A DNA stretch of 64,000 nt from Cyanophora paradoxa CCMP329 (Eukaryota > Plantae > Glaucophyta). Under the pieces are notes generated by a model. It was not told where the DNA came from. It made no database searches and worked only from the letters and a program-made list of their open reading frames with translations. Below, piece by piece: positions 1 through 13,965 of this stretch (its first letter is position 1; the number at the start of each line of letters is the position of its first letter). Location of the stretch: NCBI GenBank assembly GCA_004431415.1, contig QPMI01000411.1, positions 186,001 to 250,000 on the forward strand, read 5' to 3'. The position numbers were made by a program, and so were the translations under genes.

Positions 1-3000
1 GCGCACCGTTCATATTTGTGCGCAGCTACGCCGGGCGTCGCGGTGGTTTCTTGTCCAGACACGCCGATGACGGCTCGGGCTTTCAACTGCTCGGTCGCAT
101 TCTACGACGTCGCTGATGGAACGTCGCTGTACGTTCACCTGGACGAGGTGGCGGCGGCGGTCTTGGGCGGATCGGTGAGCTTTGTGCCAACGAGCGACGG
201 CCCCGTGCAGTCCACCACCGTCATCACCGTTCAGCCGGCCACGGACCCGCCTGCAGGCCTCAGCGGAAGCATCGCGGTTCACGTCAAGCTGACTTCGGGG
301 CAAATTCTTGGATCCGCCCTTGTGCCGATCGTGTACGTCGCGGACAACAGCAGCAGTGTTGCGTGCACCAAAGTGCAGGTCGCCCTGGGAGAAGCGATTG
401 ATTGCACGCTCACGCCAAGGCGGCTGAGAGAGCCTGTGTGGGTGGACGCCGCCAGCATTGGATTCAACGGCGACGTGGCGCTTGCTCCAATTGCGGGCAC
501 ACTCACCCCGGCAACTGGTCCAGTGCAGTCGCTGTCGTTCCAAATGACCGGCCAGTCACCTGCAGGGAGCCTCTTGACGGGCCCTTCGGTTGCCATGGTC
601 TTTTCGAACGGAGTTTCAATTGCGAACGCAAGTGCTATCGTCTACACCTCTCCTGACGACACAAGCAACGCGGTGCGCATGTGGTAATACAACTCTCAAT
701 CCCTTAAGACTCTGAAGAGCACCATCGCAACCAGGTCTGTCCCGACCGCGTGTGGGCGGGAGCATCTGTGGTTTGCACTTTCTTCGCTCGGAAAGTATGT
801 CCCATTGAGAGTTGTTTGAGGTTGCCCAGTTTAATCTTTGACTTCAGACATCGACCGTCATCTGGGCGAACCTAGGAGACATCTATACTACCGGACTCGC
901 GAGTGTGAAGGGCGCGTCGCTGATGTCGGGCTATGCCGTCGACGGCCGTTTTGAGATCTACACAACCTCGAATCCCTCCCACGACTACTCGGGCCCTGGC
1001 CGCGTCGAACTGTTGTCCTCCTCGAATGTCTTACTCGCTTCCGGCTCAACAACAGTTCTTGGTGAGCCTGCGAGTGGCTCGCGATCATAGTGCACGCGGC
1101 TCTTGCTGACGAAATCGGCGTGCACTGCGGCAGACACGCCGTCGTTTGATGAGTCATCCTTGGCATGCCCGCCAGCGACGTTTAGTGCGCTTTCCCCCTT
1201 TAATTGCACGTACTTTCCCAAGCGAGTCGGCTTCACCATCTACGGCGTACCGGAGAACGTTTCCCTCAACGCGACAAACGCCGAAGTCACCATGGTCGAT
1301 GCTTCGGGCACGTTTGGACCGCGCTTCGTTCTCACGGTGGTGGCGGGCGCGGACCCCGTCATCGGCGGAATGAGCGCCATCAAAATTTTTGCGTGGCTGG
1401 CGGGGAACGACGAGCCGCTCGCGGAGGTGACCACATCCATCTCGTATGTGGCGGACGCGAGCAGCAGCCTGGAGTGCTCAACAGAGCAGGTGGCACTCAA
1501 CGCGATGGTCGATTGCACTCTCACGCCGCGGCGGCTGGGGGAACTTGTGTGGGCGCTGCCATCGACCATCGGATTTACGGGCGACGGCGCATTGGCCCCG
1601 GTCGCGGGCTCGCTGCGACCAGCAGCCGGACCATCGCAAATGATTGTGTTCCAGCTGATCGGGCAGTCCGGGCGTCTTCGGACGGGAGGCTCGACCGCGA
1701 TGGCGCTCTCAAACGGAACATCAATTGCGAACGCGACGGCACTCGTCTTCGGCTCCCCAGATTCTTCAAGCTCAATTGTGCGCATGCGCGGCTTTTTTTC
1801 GGGTTTAATACACGTCGATTTGCCGCAGTGCGCTTACCAGAGCCCGCGGCTCACCGCAGACATGCGACAATCCGATTGCAATGTGGGCGGGATCTGTCTC
1901 AAATTGCGTCTTCGTCCCGAAGCTGGTGCGGTGGCAGAGCTTAGGCCTGCTGATTCAGATTCAATTCACGAATTTACTTTTGATCAGGGCAATACCCCAA
2001 TCTGGGCCTTTTTAAATGATACGGTTTTTTCGGTGACCGGCAGCATCAAAGGATTTGTGCGCGTCACGATGGACGGGCACCGAGCGGAAGGGAATTTTAC
2101 GGTGCTCACACAAAGCGTGCCGGACGCGACGTACACCGGTCCGGGCACTGTGAGCGTGTTGGACGCGGTCTCGAGCAGCAGTCTCGCGACGTATTCCTTC
2201 ACCGTCATCGGTACGGCACAAATTAAATTTAAACCTGCTATTTTCAATCGTGGCCATGCTACTGTGATCACGATCACTCCGCTTGACTGCCGCTACAGAT
2301 AGCCCGGACAGCGCCGTTGCAACATCAGTGCTCGACTGCCCTACAGTGCACCAGACGGCTCTTGTACCGTTCAACTGCACTTTCTTCCCCAAGCGTGCCG
2401 ATTTCGTCATCTACGGCATTGCGGCGGACGTTGTAGCATACTCCGTCAACTCAAGCGCGTCTGTTGCCGATCCGCCGACGACTGTTGCGACAAGCTTCAC
2501 GATCACGGTGACGGCCGCAGCATCTCCGGTTGCTGCGGGCGCGAGCAGCATTGTGGTGGTCGCGTATATCGTATCAACGTTAACGAACGGCTCATCTGTT
2601 GGCATGGCACTCGCACGCAGCACTGTTCCGATCGTCTACATTGCGGACGAGAGCAGCAGCCTTGCGTGCAGCGTCCCGCACCTTGTCCTCACAGCCGTCG
2701 CCGACTGCACCCTCACGCCGCGACGCCTGGGCGAGCTGGTGTGGGCGGATGCGGCGACGATTGGCTTCATCGGGGACGGGGCGCTGTCGCCGGTGGGCGG
2801 GTCGCTGAGCCCCGCGGCGGGGCCGGCGCAGTCTTTTGTGTTCCAGCTGGTCGGGGAGTCAGGGCGGCTGCTGACGGGCCCGTCGGTGGCCATGGCGACC
2901 TCGGGCGGGGCCCCGGTTGCAAACGCAAGCATCCTCGTCTTTGGGGCTCCGGACAGCTCCTCGACAGCGGTGCGGCATTTTCTGCATGCTTCTGCAATTG

Positions 3001-5290
3001 AAGCAGCCGGTATCTGAACCCTGTTCAGGAGTGTGAGGAGAGAATCTGGGCTGGAGGATCGGGAGTTTGCTCGTTCACTCCCAAGCTGGTGCATCAATGT
3101 CCAGTTTCTCGTTGCATGGCTTCCTGAATTCTCATCATATCGCGTTGCAGGGCTCGGAAATTATATGGGCTCGTCTGGATGACGTAATCCCGCGACCCTC
3201 CGCGAGCGTTAAGGCTTCCACCACCATGACGGGATACGCGACCGACGGAGCCATTGTTTTCGATACGTCTGCGGTCCCCATGGTAGACCATACCGGTCCT
3301 GGGGGCGTTGAGTTCTGGCACGTGTCGGGTCAGCTCCTCACTACCGCGAGCACCATTGTGCAAGGTCACGATTTCCCTTTTTGGAAACACTGCAAACTCG
3401 AAGCTGATTCCAGCGTTGCGAAGATGTGCCACTTCACCTGAATGATGGCTGCACGTTGGCATGTCCGCTCGTGCAACAGCCTGCAACTGTTCCATTCAAC
3501 TGCACCTTCATCCCCAAGCGCGCCGGCTTCGTCATCTACGGGCTCGCCGAGAACGTCACGGCCAACGCAACCAACGCTGACGCTGTTGTTGTTGAGCCTC
3601 CCGGGACGCTTGCGACCCAGTTCACCATCACCGTCACCGCGGGGGCAGCGCCCGTGGCGAACGGCAGCAGCGCGATCCAGGTGTTTGCGTGGCTCTCCGG
3701 GACAGACACTCAGCTCGCGGCGGCGGCCAGTGCAATCGTCTACATTGCGGACGAGAGCAGCAGCCTTGCGTGCAGCGTCCCGCACCTTGTCCTCACAGCC
3801 GTCACCGACTGCACCCTCACGCCGCGACGCCTGGGCGAGCTGGTGTGGGCGGATGCGGCGACGATTGGCTTCATTGGGGACGGGGCGCTGTTGCCGGTGG
3901 GCGGGTCGCTGAGCCCCGCGGCGGGGCCGGCGCAGTCTTTTGCGTTCCAGCTGGTCGGGGAGTCAGGGCGGCTGCTGACGGGCCCGTCGGTGGCCATGGC
4001 GACCTCGGGCGGGGCCCCGGTTGCAAACGCAAGCATCCTCGTCTTTGGGGCTCCGGACAGCACCAGTGCCATTGTGCGTGTCATTCTGCAAGCTCTAACA
4101 TCTCCACATTAAATATTCATGAGGTTGCGAGCAGGAGTGCCCCTCCCGGATCTGGGCTGGCGATTCTGCCGACTGCATTTTCACCCCCAAAATGGTGCGC
4201 GCGTCCGTTATACCGGAATGCTGGCGGCGTCAGTGCTCGCTTACGTCGCTCAGAACGGGTCTTCGATTTGGGCGCTTCTCGATGACACGAACGTAATTCT
4301 CCAGAATCTTGTGCTGGGCGCTGACTTTGCAGCGAGCCTGACGGGCTTCGTTCCGATGCTCGGATACTCGACGACTGGGCTCCTCGTCGTCAACACGACA
4401 GCGGCTCCTTCCGAGTTCTTTTCTGGGCCGGGCCGGGTGGTGATTGTGGCACGGGGCGATCCATCCTTGACGCTCGCATCTGGTTCAATTGAAGTCGCAG
4501 GTCACTTTCCTCCTTTACGGCCAATACTTCTGCAGTCATTTATGACTTTGCGCTCTTTGCAGATATACCGCAGTCAAAATTGGACAACTGCACCCTTGCA
4601 TGCCCTGCGGAGTCCATTCCAGCGCTCGTTCCGTTCAACTGCACCTTCATCCCCAAGCGCGCCGGCTTCGTCATCTACGGGCTCGCCGAGAACGTCGCGG
4701 CCAACGCAACCAACGCTGACGCTGTTGTTGTTGAGCCTCCCGGGACGCTTGCGACCCAGTTCACCATCACCGTCACCGCGGGGGCAGCGCCCGTGGCGAA
4801 CGGCAGCAGCGCGATCCAGGTGTTTGCGTGGCTCTCCGGGACAGACACTCAGCTCGCGGCGGCGGCCAGCGCAATCGTCTACATTGCGGACGAGAGCAGC
4901 AGCCTTGCGTGCAGCGTCCCGCACCTTGTCCTCACAGCCGTCGCCGACTGCACCCTCACGCCGCGACGCCTGGGCGAGCTGGTGTGGGCGGATGCGGCGA
5001 CGATTGGCTTCATCGGGGACGGGGCGCTGTCGCCGGTGGGCGGGTCGCTGAGCCCCGCGGCGGGGCCGGCGCAGTCTTTTGTGTTCCAGCTGGTCGGGGA
5101 GTCGGGGCGGCTGCTGACGGGCCCGTCGGTGGCCATGGCGCTATCGAATAACATATCCATTATCAACGCCTCAATCGTTGTGTATTGGATTGCAGACAGC
5201 TCCAGCAGCCTAGTTTGTCCTACTGACTATGTATGGGCTTCCAACCATACGAATTGCACCTTCTTCCCTCGTCGGGTGCGAGACGCCTGA
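1..5290 (+). repeat. Intragenic tandem array of five ~1.1-1.2 kb coding repeat units
   Basis: Near-identical DNA blocks at 2631-2955, 3735-4060 and 4874-5140, and at 3495-3734 vs 4634-4873. Units 1 and 2 are more diverged but share the protein motifs. Confidence 0.95.
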
Positions 5291-8200
5291 CGCCCTGCTT
5301 GCTGTCAAGATCTGATCAGCTGTTATGCAGTCCTCGCAGCGAATTACAGTCCTCATGGACGACTATGTAGCCGCTTGGAGTGGCAGCGTGATGCAGGTGG
5401 ACGTTCCAAGCGGCGTTGTATCCGAGTCGCACTTGTCTTTGTCAACCTATCCTTTTCCGACGTCCGGATGTGCGATGCATCAATCCTAAATCGCTTACTA
5501 CCCCGATCGCAGCCGCTTACTTAAACCTGATGCCAGATACCGGTTCTGGCGAGGTCAGACTACTACTGAGGGCCAACGACACAAGTGCTTTGGCTTCGTC
5601 GTTCGTCACAGTGATAGGTAAGCGAATCCGCGTTCCACCATATGCATGAATTCCTGGTGAAACTCCAAGCTGATGAACAGAACAGATGTGCCCCGCGATA
5701 CCTCTTCCAGCCTTGTTTGCTCGTCGTTCAACCTCGTCGGCGGTCAATCCGTACGCGTTTTCTTCTTCTAGCAGTGCTTGCATGCACTTGCTTAAGTTTA
5801 TTATGTGCTGCACAGGTCAACTGCACTTTCAGTCCTGCGCAGACGGGCATTTCACTGATGGCACCCCTCGCAAACATCTCCGTCGTGGTTCGCGGCATGG
5901 TTGGCTCGGCCGCTTGGGCCCCGCACTCCCCTGCCATCGGGGAGGCGTTCCTCATCTCGCACGCCGCGCCCATGATCTCCACGGGCGGGTACACGCTCGC
6001 CGTGTATGCCACGGGACTCAACGGGACCATCTTCGATGACGTCGCCACCACCGGGCTGTATGTCACTAATCTGGTGCCTGGGGAAGCGTCTCCCAATGTC
6101 GGCCCGCTAAAAGGCGGCACACGAATCACTCTCTCTGGGGCAGCTCTTCCCCCTAACACGGGGGAGCCACTCGAGGCCAAAGTGTGCGGCAAGCCCGCAG
6201 TCGTCACTTCCCTGTGCGTGCCCCGCTTGTTTAACAGCCTACAGCAGCTTGTGATGTATATGCGAATCCGCAGCACGTCCACTGAAGCAGTGATCATCGC
6301 ACCTCCTGCACATGCGCCGTCTGCTTTGAGATCAATTGTAAATCTGACTGCGCCGGTCAACGCCTCGACCACCTCGTTCAACACCTCGACCGCGCACAAC
6401 GCAACATTCAACGTTAACGGAACCTCGATCCTCAATGCGACGAACGACCTCCAGGGCCAACCGCAGACCGCAAGCATTTCTTACTGCGACATTGAACTTT
6501 TCATTGGCGGTGTCCCTGCGGGGGTCTGGCCCTCCAGCTTCAGGTCAGCTCGCTGCAACACTCAGAGGTCGTCTCTCGATCCGCTGATCGAGATCTAAAT
6601 ATTGCTCTTGCAGATACAACTCCGCGCCAGTGGCAATAATCGAGCCTGTCCCACCGCGAATGGCGCTGCCAATTCAGAGCTTACAGTTGTCCGCGTTTAT
6701 GTCGTACGGTGAGCTGGAGTGGTTCGAATTAAGAATCCTCGGAATCGAGAACTGAATTTGACTCTCCGGAATCAGACCCCGACGTCGTGATCGGGCGCGG
6801 CGCCCCGGCGCCTTCAGAGGGGCTAAGATTCGAATGGACCGTGATGGGCCCGGGCTCCGTCAGCCTCGCGATCGCAAACTCGACGCTTGCAAACCTGACG
6901 GTGTCGAACATCACCGCACCGGGCGTGTACACGGTCGTTGTCGACGTGACTGACGCCGACGGAAACGAAGTGACCAGCGCATCGGTGTCGACGGAAGTCG
7001 TGTTGCTCCCTGGTGCACCCGCGTCGCCTATTATAGCTATCTGCCACCCTTGAGCTCACAAAAGCTGCATCGCAGTGCTCGTGACGACCGTGAGAGTCGA
7101 AGCTTCATTCGAAGAATTCAATCAACAGTTCGCGGGGCGCTCGTATCGCGCGGCTCTGCGTAGCACTCTCGCAAAGTCTTACGGGATTCCAGAAGAGTAA
7201 GAGCTCTGTAAACTCGCAATTCTAGATCTTATTTACATTGAACGCGCCGTCTGTGCAGACGCATTGCGGGTATATTGGCAAAACCCGGATCGGTCATCCT
7301 CAGCATCAACATAACGGCGACAAACCTCACGGAGGCAGATTCGCTGTCGCAGATAGCGGATGCCTTTGCCGTGCAGCCGTTAGCAGAGATGCTGCAGGTC
7401 TCAGCGAGCGCCATCGTTCAGATGAACGCGAGCGTCCTCGACCGTGGAGAGAACGCGCCCCCGACGCCTGTGCTCCGAGGTCCCAAGGACGTCGAGGTGA
7501 ACGGTTCCTCGGGTTTCTGGACGGGTGCGTCGTAAACGAAATAATGAAGTTCGGATGTGCCAAAGCTCATTTACGTTTTGCAATCCTTATTCTCCTCAGT
7601 GCTGGATGGCGTTCAGAGCGGCGACTTGGATGGATCTGTAGTTTCTTACATCTGGAACCTCATTCCAGATCCGGGCTGCCCTCTCACCCCGTGCGCTTTC
7701 GCGACTCTTTCCGAGCTATGACATCTCCAACACCGCATCCCACGGACAGTGCGGATCTGGATACATCAGTTCCGGGGCTGTGCAACATTTCGATAACGCA
7801 ACAAGGTTTTTGTCAGGTCTGAAACTGCGCATGCTCTGACTCGAAGTCTCCGAATGTCTGACGAGTCCCTCGTTCTCGCATCGCAGATTGAGTTCAATGT
7901 GCAGGACGTGGAGCTGGCCGTCTCCAATGAGCCAGTTGTGGTCAATGTCGTGATGAACCCGCGGCAGAACCTGCCCCCTGTCATATTCGGCACGAGGAAA
8001 TTCAAGACGAGCTTCAATGCTGCTGCAGCCTCCGGATTCGCAACCGTCAAGATCGAGACGCGCATCGCCGATCAAGACGAGGACGGTGCGCTGTCGCCGA
8101 GTTCATCGCTGCTACGCTCCTCCAATTAACGCAAATGTTTGCATAGGCTTCATTGCATCCGTTCGGTGGGAGCAAGTGTCCGGACCTGGAAATGCAACCC

Positions 8201-11200
8201 TGAAGGCTACTGGGCAAACCGCGGTCGAGGTGAAAAAGGACGCTCTCGCGAGCTCCTCGTCATTTTGAGACTTCTGAGCATTACCCTTTCGCACGCAAGA
8301 TCTCCGGAATGTCAGCAGGCAAGTGGCGATTCCGCGTCATAGCAACAGACAACGGGGTGCTCGGCGTCCTTCCACCCCTAAGCTCCAGAGCCGACTTCGA
8401 TGTAGACGGTGCGCTGCTGGAGTTTTATTCAAACATCGACTCGGGGATTCTCATATAATTCCTTGAATATGTATACGTAGTTGTCGCAACGAGCGTTGTG
8501 GACTCGGTGGACCCGGCGACGGCAAAAGCCGCCGGCGAAACCGTACGTGCAGGTCGAACATCGAGATCGATATCCATTTCTTAAACGAACGCGCCTGCAG
8601 ATTGCAACCGCTGTCGCCGCTAGCGTCGCCGCAAGCGTCGCGATCGCAGTCGCGGGAAGCGTGGCAGGCGCAGTGGCGGGAGCAGCTGCGAGCGCGGCGG
8701 CAGGAGCGGCGGCCGGGGCCGCGGCTGGCGCAGCCGGCGGTGCGGCAGGCGGCGCGGCCGGCGGTACGGCTGGCGGAGCTGGGGGCGCTGGAGGAGGCGG
8801 CGGCGGAGGCGGAGGTGGAGCTGCGGGAGGCGGTGGAGGGGCTGATGGACCAAACCCGAAAGTCGAGGGGGATACGAACACGGGCACAACGGTCTGCGCC
8901 AACTGCTTGCTTGCTTTCTTTGCCAGACTGGCTGTAACGCTGATGCACATCGCCGCAGACGCTGATTAACCAGACACAGAAGATTGCGGTGATCGGAGGC
9001 CTGTCCGGCGAGAATGTGCCCGAATCGTATAAGGCGATGTCCAGCGCTCTTGGCACTTTCATGCTGCAGGTGCGCGATTGAAATTTGAAGTTTCAGTTTG
9101 CTTCTTAAATAATTACTTACATAAATCGTTTCGGAGCAGTTTAATGCTGTGCCTTTGGAGGGATCGGGCAGCGCGTCGTCAAGCGAATCGAGTCCCACTC
9201 CGTTGTGCGCGCTTATTGAACTTTTGGGATCTGCTCCAAAATCTGACCGTTTTCCCGCCCCACCCAAATAATAGGCCGATACCTCGCCCGACTGCTCGCA
9301 AGATGCTCCAGGCCGCGGCAGCTGCGGCAACAGTGAGCACAAGCGAGGCAGCGCGGAAGGCGTTCTACAGCGCTCTCTTCTACGGCTTTGGGATTCTCGC
9401 CATCGTCACAGTGCTTCATTTCGTGCTGCATCTTGTCCTGGTCCGATGGCTGAAGAAGCTCCCGAGGCTTCCTGGAAAGCTTGGTGCGCTTTTCTGATTG
9501 ATTTGGGCCGGAGATCGCTCACTCAAATGAAACTGTCTTCATCGCCGCAGCATTCCCTTTCCCTGAGCTTTCTGTGCTCCTATGCGTGTACCAACCAATG
9601 GCGCTGACGTCAGCCGCGTACCTCCCGATGGCTCCCAAGAACGTACAGATCGGGATCATTTTCTTTCTGGTGCTATTCCACCTCTCGCGATCGAGCGGGG
9701 ATCCTGAGGTGATGCTGACCTTGCGGCTCGCAGTTTTTGGGTTGCCTCGCGCTGCCCATATTATTCCTGAGCATTCTCGTCTGGCGCATTCGCCATGATC
9801 GGCTCCTGATCTACGAGCCGAATGAGCCGCTGTTTCGGGTACGTCGTTTTGGATACAGACAAGAGTGACCGTCTCCTGAACCGACTGCACGCAGACGTTT
9901 ACGGGACGGCATGCGCCAGAAGAGCTGTGGGGCGAACTGCAGGAGGCTCAGCGGGGCAGGGTAGAGATGGGGGAGTACCGGCGCCCCGGACAGCGCGCGT
10001 TCGGCCATATGCACGGGTCCAAGGCGTCGGCGTCGGCGAGTTCGGCCAGCTGCAGTGGGAGGCGCAGCGCTAGCGTCGGAAGCGACTGCTCTTCCGAGCG
10101 CAGCGATGGGCTCCTGGAGGAGCTCGAGATCCACGGCTCCGACTTCGATCCCCGCAATCACGGCCGACACAAGAATTTGGCCACCCGCGTTGCTGTTTCT
10201 GTACGTCGTCTGCTGACGCGCTTTGCTGTGTGGAGCGGAGATGCGGTGGACTTCTTCTTCAACAAGGTCGACTCTCGCGGACTCGGCTTTTCGAACATTC
10301 CGCTGATGCAGACGGGCGCAGCTTGATTTGGTCATGTTCCGCGGAGAGTGGACCGTGAATGAGAAGGAGCGCGGAGACGCAGCCAAGGCCTTTGCAGACG
10401 GGTGGAACGTGCGCGCCGATCTTCTTCGCGACAATTAATCTAGACAGCTAGAAATTAAACCCGATGGCAGATTCTCTACGCGGATTTCACCGACAAGCAA
10501 ATGGGGTTTTTGTGTGGCGTCTTGACGCTCGTCCGCCAGCTGCTGACGGTCGTCATTGTTGGCGTCATGTCGGCTCAGGAGGTGGCCTCGAAAAGCACCG
10601 ACGATCCGAGCGACTCGAACGCTGTCGGTGATGCCCTCGCCTCTTTAGGCGAGTCGTTCGCCCCCATGCTTCAAGTCACGCTGCTTCTGGGGATCAACAT
10701 TTTCACGCTCGTCCTGCACATTGTTTCCCGGCCTTTCATCTGCCGCTGGTTCGTTCGAATGCCGGTTTCAGAGGGCGCGAAAAAGCTGATAGCATGCAAC
10801 CACTCGCCAGGGTCGGCTTCGTCGAGGGCTTCACCTTGCTCCAGGAGTCCATTCTTCTTTTCGCCGTTCTGCAAGTCGATTTGGGCTGGGGATGGGACGC
10901 AGGTGAGCCCGCAGTCGCGATCGCGCGCGCGCTGTGTTAGAGACTCCTACCAATATTGTGATTGATCGAGATTTCCGTCAGGCGCGATTATGCTCCAGGT
11001 CTCGATGATGATGAGGTTCGTTTACTGTGTAACGTTGAAACTGTTACCATTCTAACCGAAACTCTCTATTTAGCTTCATTCTCGTGGCCGACAACATGCT
11101 GGGAAAGCTCCAGCTGCTCGGGGCGCTCCTAGCGAAACGGCACGCGGTTCTGAATGCCGTCCGGTCCGCCACGGGCGCTGCGACGGACTTCATCACTGGG

Positions 11201-12889
11201 AGGGTGCGCGCCCTGCGCGTGGAATGCGCCGAGGCGCGAGTCGCGTTGGACCTCCTCGCCAGCACGTGAGTCGGATTGTCGTGATTTGGGGACATTCCGT
11301 AACGTCATGGCTCTCCCGATAGGGCCCGAAACGCCTGGATTGTGATTTCCGATGTTGAGTGGACGCTGCGAGAAAGCAAACGGGAAATGGCAAGCGATGA
11401 ACGCGACAGCAAGCTCAAGCTCAAGCACACGAGCGTTTCAGCCGACATCGAGTCGCCATATCGGTGCGTTCCCAGCCTACTGCGATTGGTCTCGCATTAA
11501 CAAACTTCTTCTTCGCTGCGCAGGTCCCGCTACGATTCGGCGCTGCTCGGGCTGTACCGCGCGTTCCGCAGGACCCCTGCAGCGCTAGCCGTCAACGGGA
11601 CGACCGCGCTTCGGATCTCTCTGCCCGACGCCAGGGAAGGCGCTCTCGATATCCGTCGCGACCTCGACAAGGCTCTGGAGGCTTTAAAAGTGCTGAGAAA
11701 GCAGAAGCAGCTGCAGCACGAAGACGTGAACCGCAAGCCGTCCATCGCCGAGAAGCTCCGTGCTCGGTTCAGGCGCAAGCCAGTCGATCGCTCACATAAC
11801 AACAGCGGTGGAGCAGGAGAGCTCGACCGGCGTTCCTCTGCCGAAGAATCCTCTCTCCGCAGCCAGCTGAAGATCGACGACGATACAAACCGCATGATCA
11901 AGGACAGTCAAGCTCGCCAGCCCGCGCCAGAAGCCGACGTTCCGCGGGCTAGCAAGCGCCTGAACGACGACACCGCGCTCGACGGCCTCCTCGGCGAGCG
12001 CGGCCTCTTCTCAGAGGAGGCGCACGCGACCGAGCTCGAGCGCCGCAAAAGGCTCCTCCAGCGCCGCGAGGAGCGCGGGCAGCTCAAGGGCGACCGCAGG
12101 CGGACGCGCAGGCTCAAGGCCGAGTGGGAGGCTGCGGACAGGGCGCGGCTCCGCAGGCTGCGGTACTGGCGCAGCGTAGTGCGGGAGCTGTGGCGCTTCG
12201 GGCATGTCGAGATCCTGTCGACGTCGGCGGGCGAGGCGGAGTCCAGATCTACAGCACCCAGATCTCCCGTGGAGATACACCGGGCGGCCAGCACGCGCGC
12301 GCGCCGCCGCTCGCTATCATCGCCGGCTCTGCTTCGCATCTCCTCGGAGCCGACCGAAGTCGGCGTCGACGAGCCGAATTCCAACGTGTCCAGTGACATC
12401 CCGACGGCACTGGGATCGCGCTTGGATCTGGATCTCAGTTCCGTCGACGTCGGCCTCATGATCAAGCTCCAGGACGCACCGGCGATTGACCACACGGCGC
12501 CGGCCTCGGCCGCACGTGCACCGCGTGCACCGCGATCACCCATGGCCAACGGCCACTTTGATACCACGTCGACGTCGCCCGCTTCGAATTCTGCCCGGAC
12601 CCCGGCGCACTGCGCATCCACTGCTGCGACGCCGCCCCCGCCACGAGTCACGCCTAGGGCTCTCTCGCCGCTTGCTCTCCACTCGAGCTCCCTGCTCCCC
12701 GACCAGCGATATCAGGCTCCTTTCTTTGGCTGCGGCGAGACTGCAGCCGCGGGCGAAACGTTAGCTGTCCCCGCATCCCTGGCGCTGCGCATGCCGCCAA
12801 GCGCCACAGAATTTCTCCACTCATTAGATCTAGAGTTTCCACCTTCAAGCTCCAACAGTATTATAATCAGTGATTATTATTCGATTTGA
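1..12889 (+). CDS. Giant multi-exon cell-surface protein (5' end outside the window): tandem Cys-containing Ig-like repeats, IPT/TIG domain, PKD/Ig-like modules, Gly/Ala-rich first TM, multi-pass TM region and long cytoplasmic tail
   Basis: Repeated SSSLxC...CTxxPRR modules (1-5800). IPT/TIG-like SPNVGPLKGGTRITLSG (~6090). PKD-like FEWTVMGPG...PGVYTVVVDVTD (~6830) and DLDGSVVSYIWNL (~7620). Hydrophobic IATAVAASVAASVA (8600), then several TM segments 9370-11090 and an open last exon to TGA 12887-12889. Exons are joined by short GT-AG introns; internal boundaries are approximate. Confidence 0.8.
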
Positions 12890-13899
12890 ATGCAAATAAC
12901 AGTCCCGCTGAATGATTGAAGACCGGAGCCTGTCTTTTCTGGCGCGGCCCTCTATAGCTAGCTAGCTATAGATCTTCGATTCTTGCGCATGCGATCTTGC
13001 GATACGTACACCTCAACTCGCGATCGATATCGCCCCGGCCCATGCATATGCATGTACATGTCCTTCCTCGTACTCCTTCTACATAATTAATTATAAGTAA
13101 GGAAAATTAGTCGCTCTTTACGTATACCCGCCGCCGTGTTGTCATAATTACCCTTACGAGAGTCAGTGACATACACGTGTTGTCCTATAGAAGTAATGCA
13201 GTAATTGTCAAAAACAAAAGCCGATGCCCATTGCTACCGGTCACATATGCGTCTTCTCATACAAACATGTGCCTAAGGGAAAGCCCGGAAATCCCATTCA
13301 CGCCGATGGTCTCGGGGTACCCCATCGCCGAATGGGGCCCGCGGGGCCCAGAGGGCCCGCGGCGACCCAGATCTAGATCGAGGACAGCGGGGACAAGGGC
13401 CGGCGGGCGGAAGGGGCGGCCCGCGTGCGGAATTCGAAGGGCCGGGGGAGGGCCGCGCTGGGGGGCGGGGCCGGCGGGCCGGGGGAAGAGGGCCCGGGGG
13501 GGTGGGGAGGGTCTCTTCGGCAACTTAATCCTTTGTACCCAGCGGTATCAGCGGTGTCCCTACCCCCCTCCTAAGCCCCTATCTCCCTCCTCGGCCTTCG
13601 CTTAGTGCGAGAGAATTCGAAGCTTAAGGGGGCAAATTCGATACCCATCCGCCGGGCCGGGTAGGGGTACAGCAAAGGGGGCAAAGGGGTACAGCGCGGG
13701 TAGGGGGGTACGCCAGCCTCGCTGGAGCCCCCGCACAGGACCACCGCATGCGCAGGCCTTCAGGGGCTCCCCGCGGTCCGTTAATTATTCGGCAGTGGGC
13801 GGGTACGGGCCGGGCCATTGCCGCGCATGGGGGGGTATAGCTAGCGGGGCGTGAGACTCTGAGAGGGCTGGGGGGACATGCAAAGTGACCCGCCCGCGC

Positions 13900-13965
13900 G
13901 AAAAGATGGAGAGGAGAGTATTCTACCCTCGCGCGAGGGCAGAATACTCTCCTCTCCATCTTTTC
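13900..13965. repeat. 66-bp near-perfect palindrome/hairpin
   Basis: GAAAAGATGGAGAGGAGAGTATTCT-A-CCCTCGCGCGAGGG-C-AGAATACTCTCCTCTCCATCTTTTC, with a single mismatched pair. Confidence 0.95.

Noticed and set aside
8600-8845. Gly/Ala GCN/GGN repeat as an independent repeat element
   Set aside because: It is in-frame low-complexity coding sequence adjoining the first TM helix of the giant protein.
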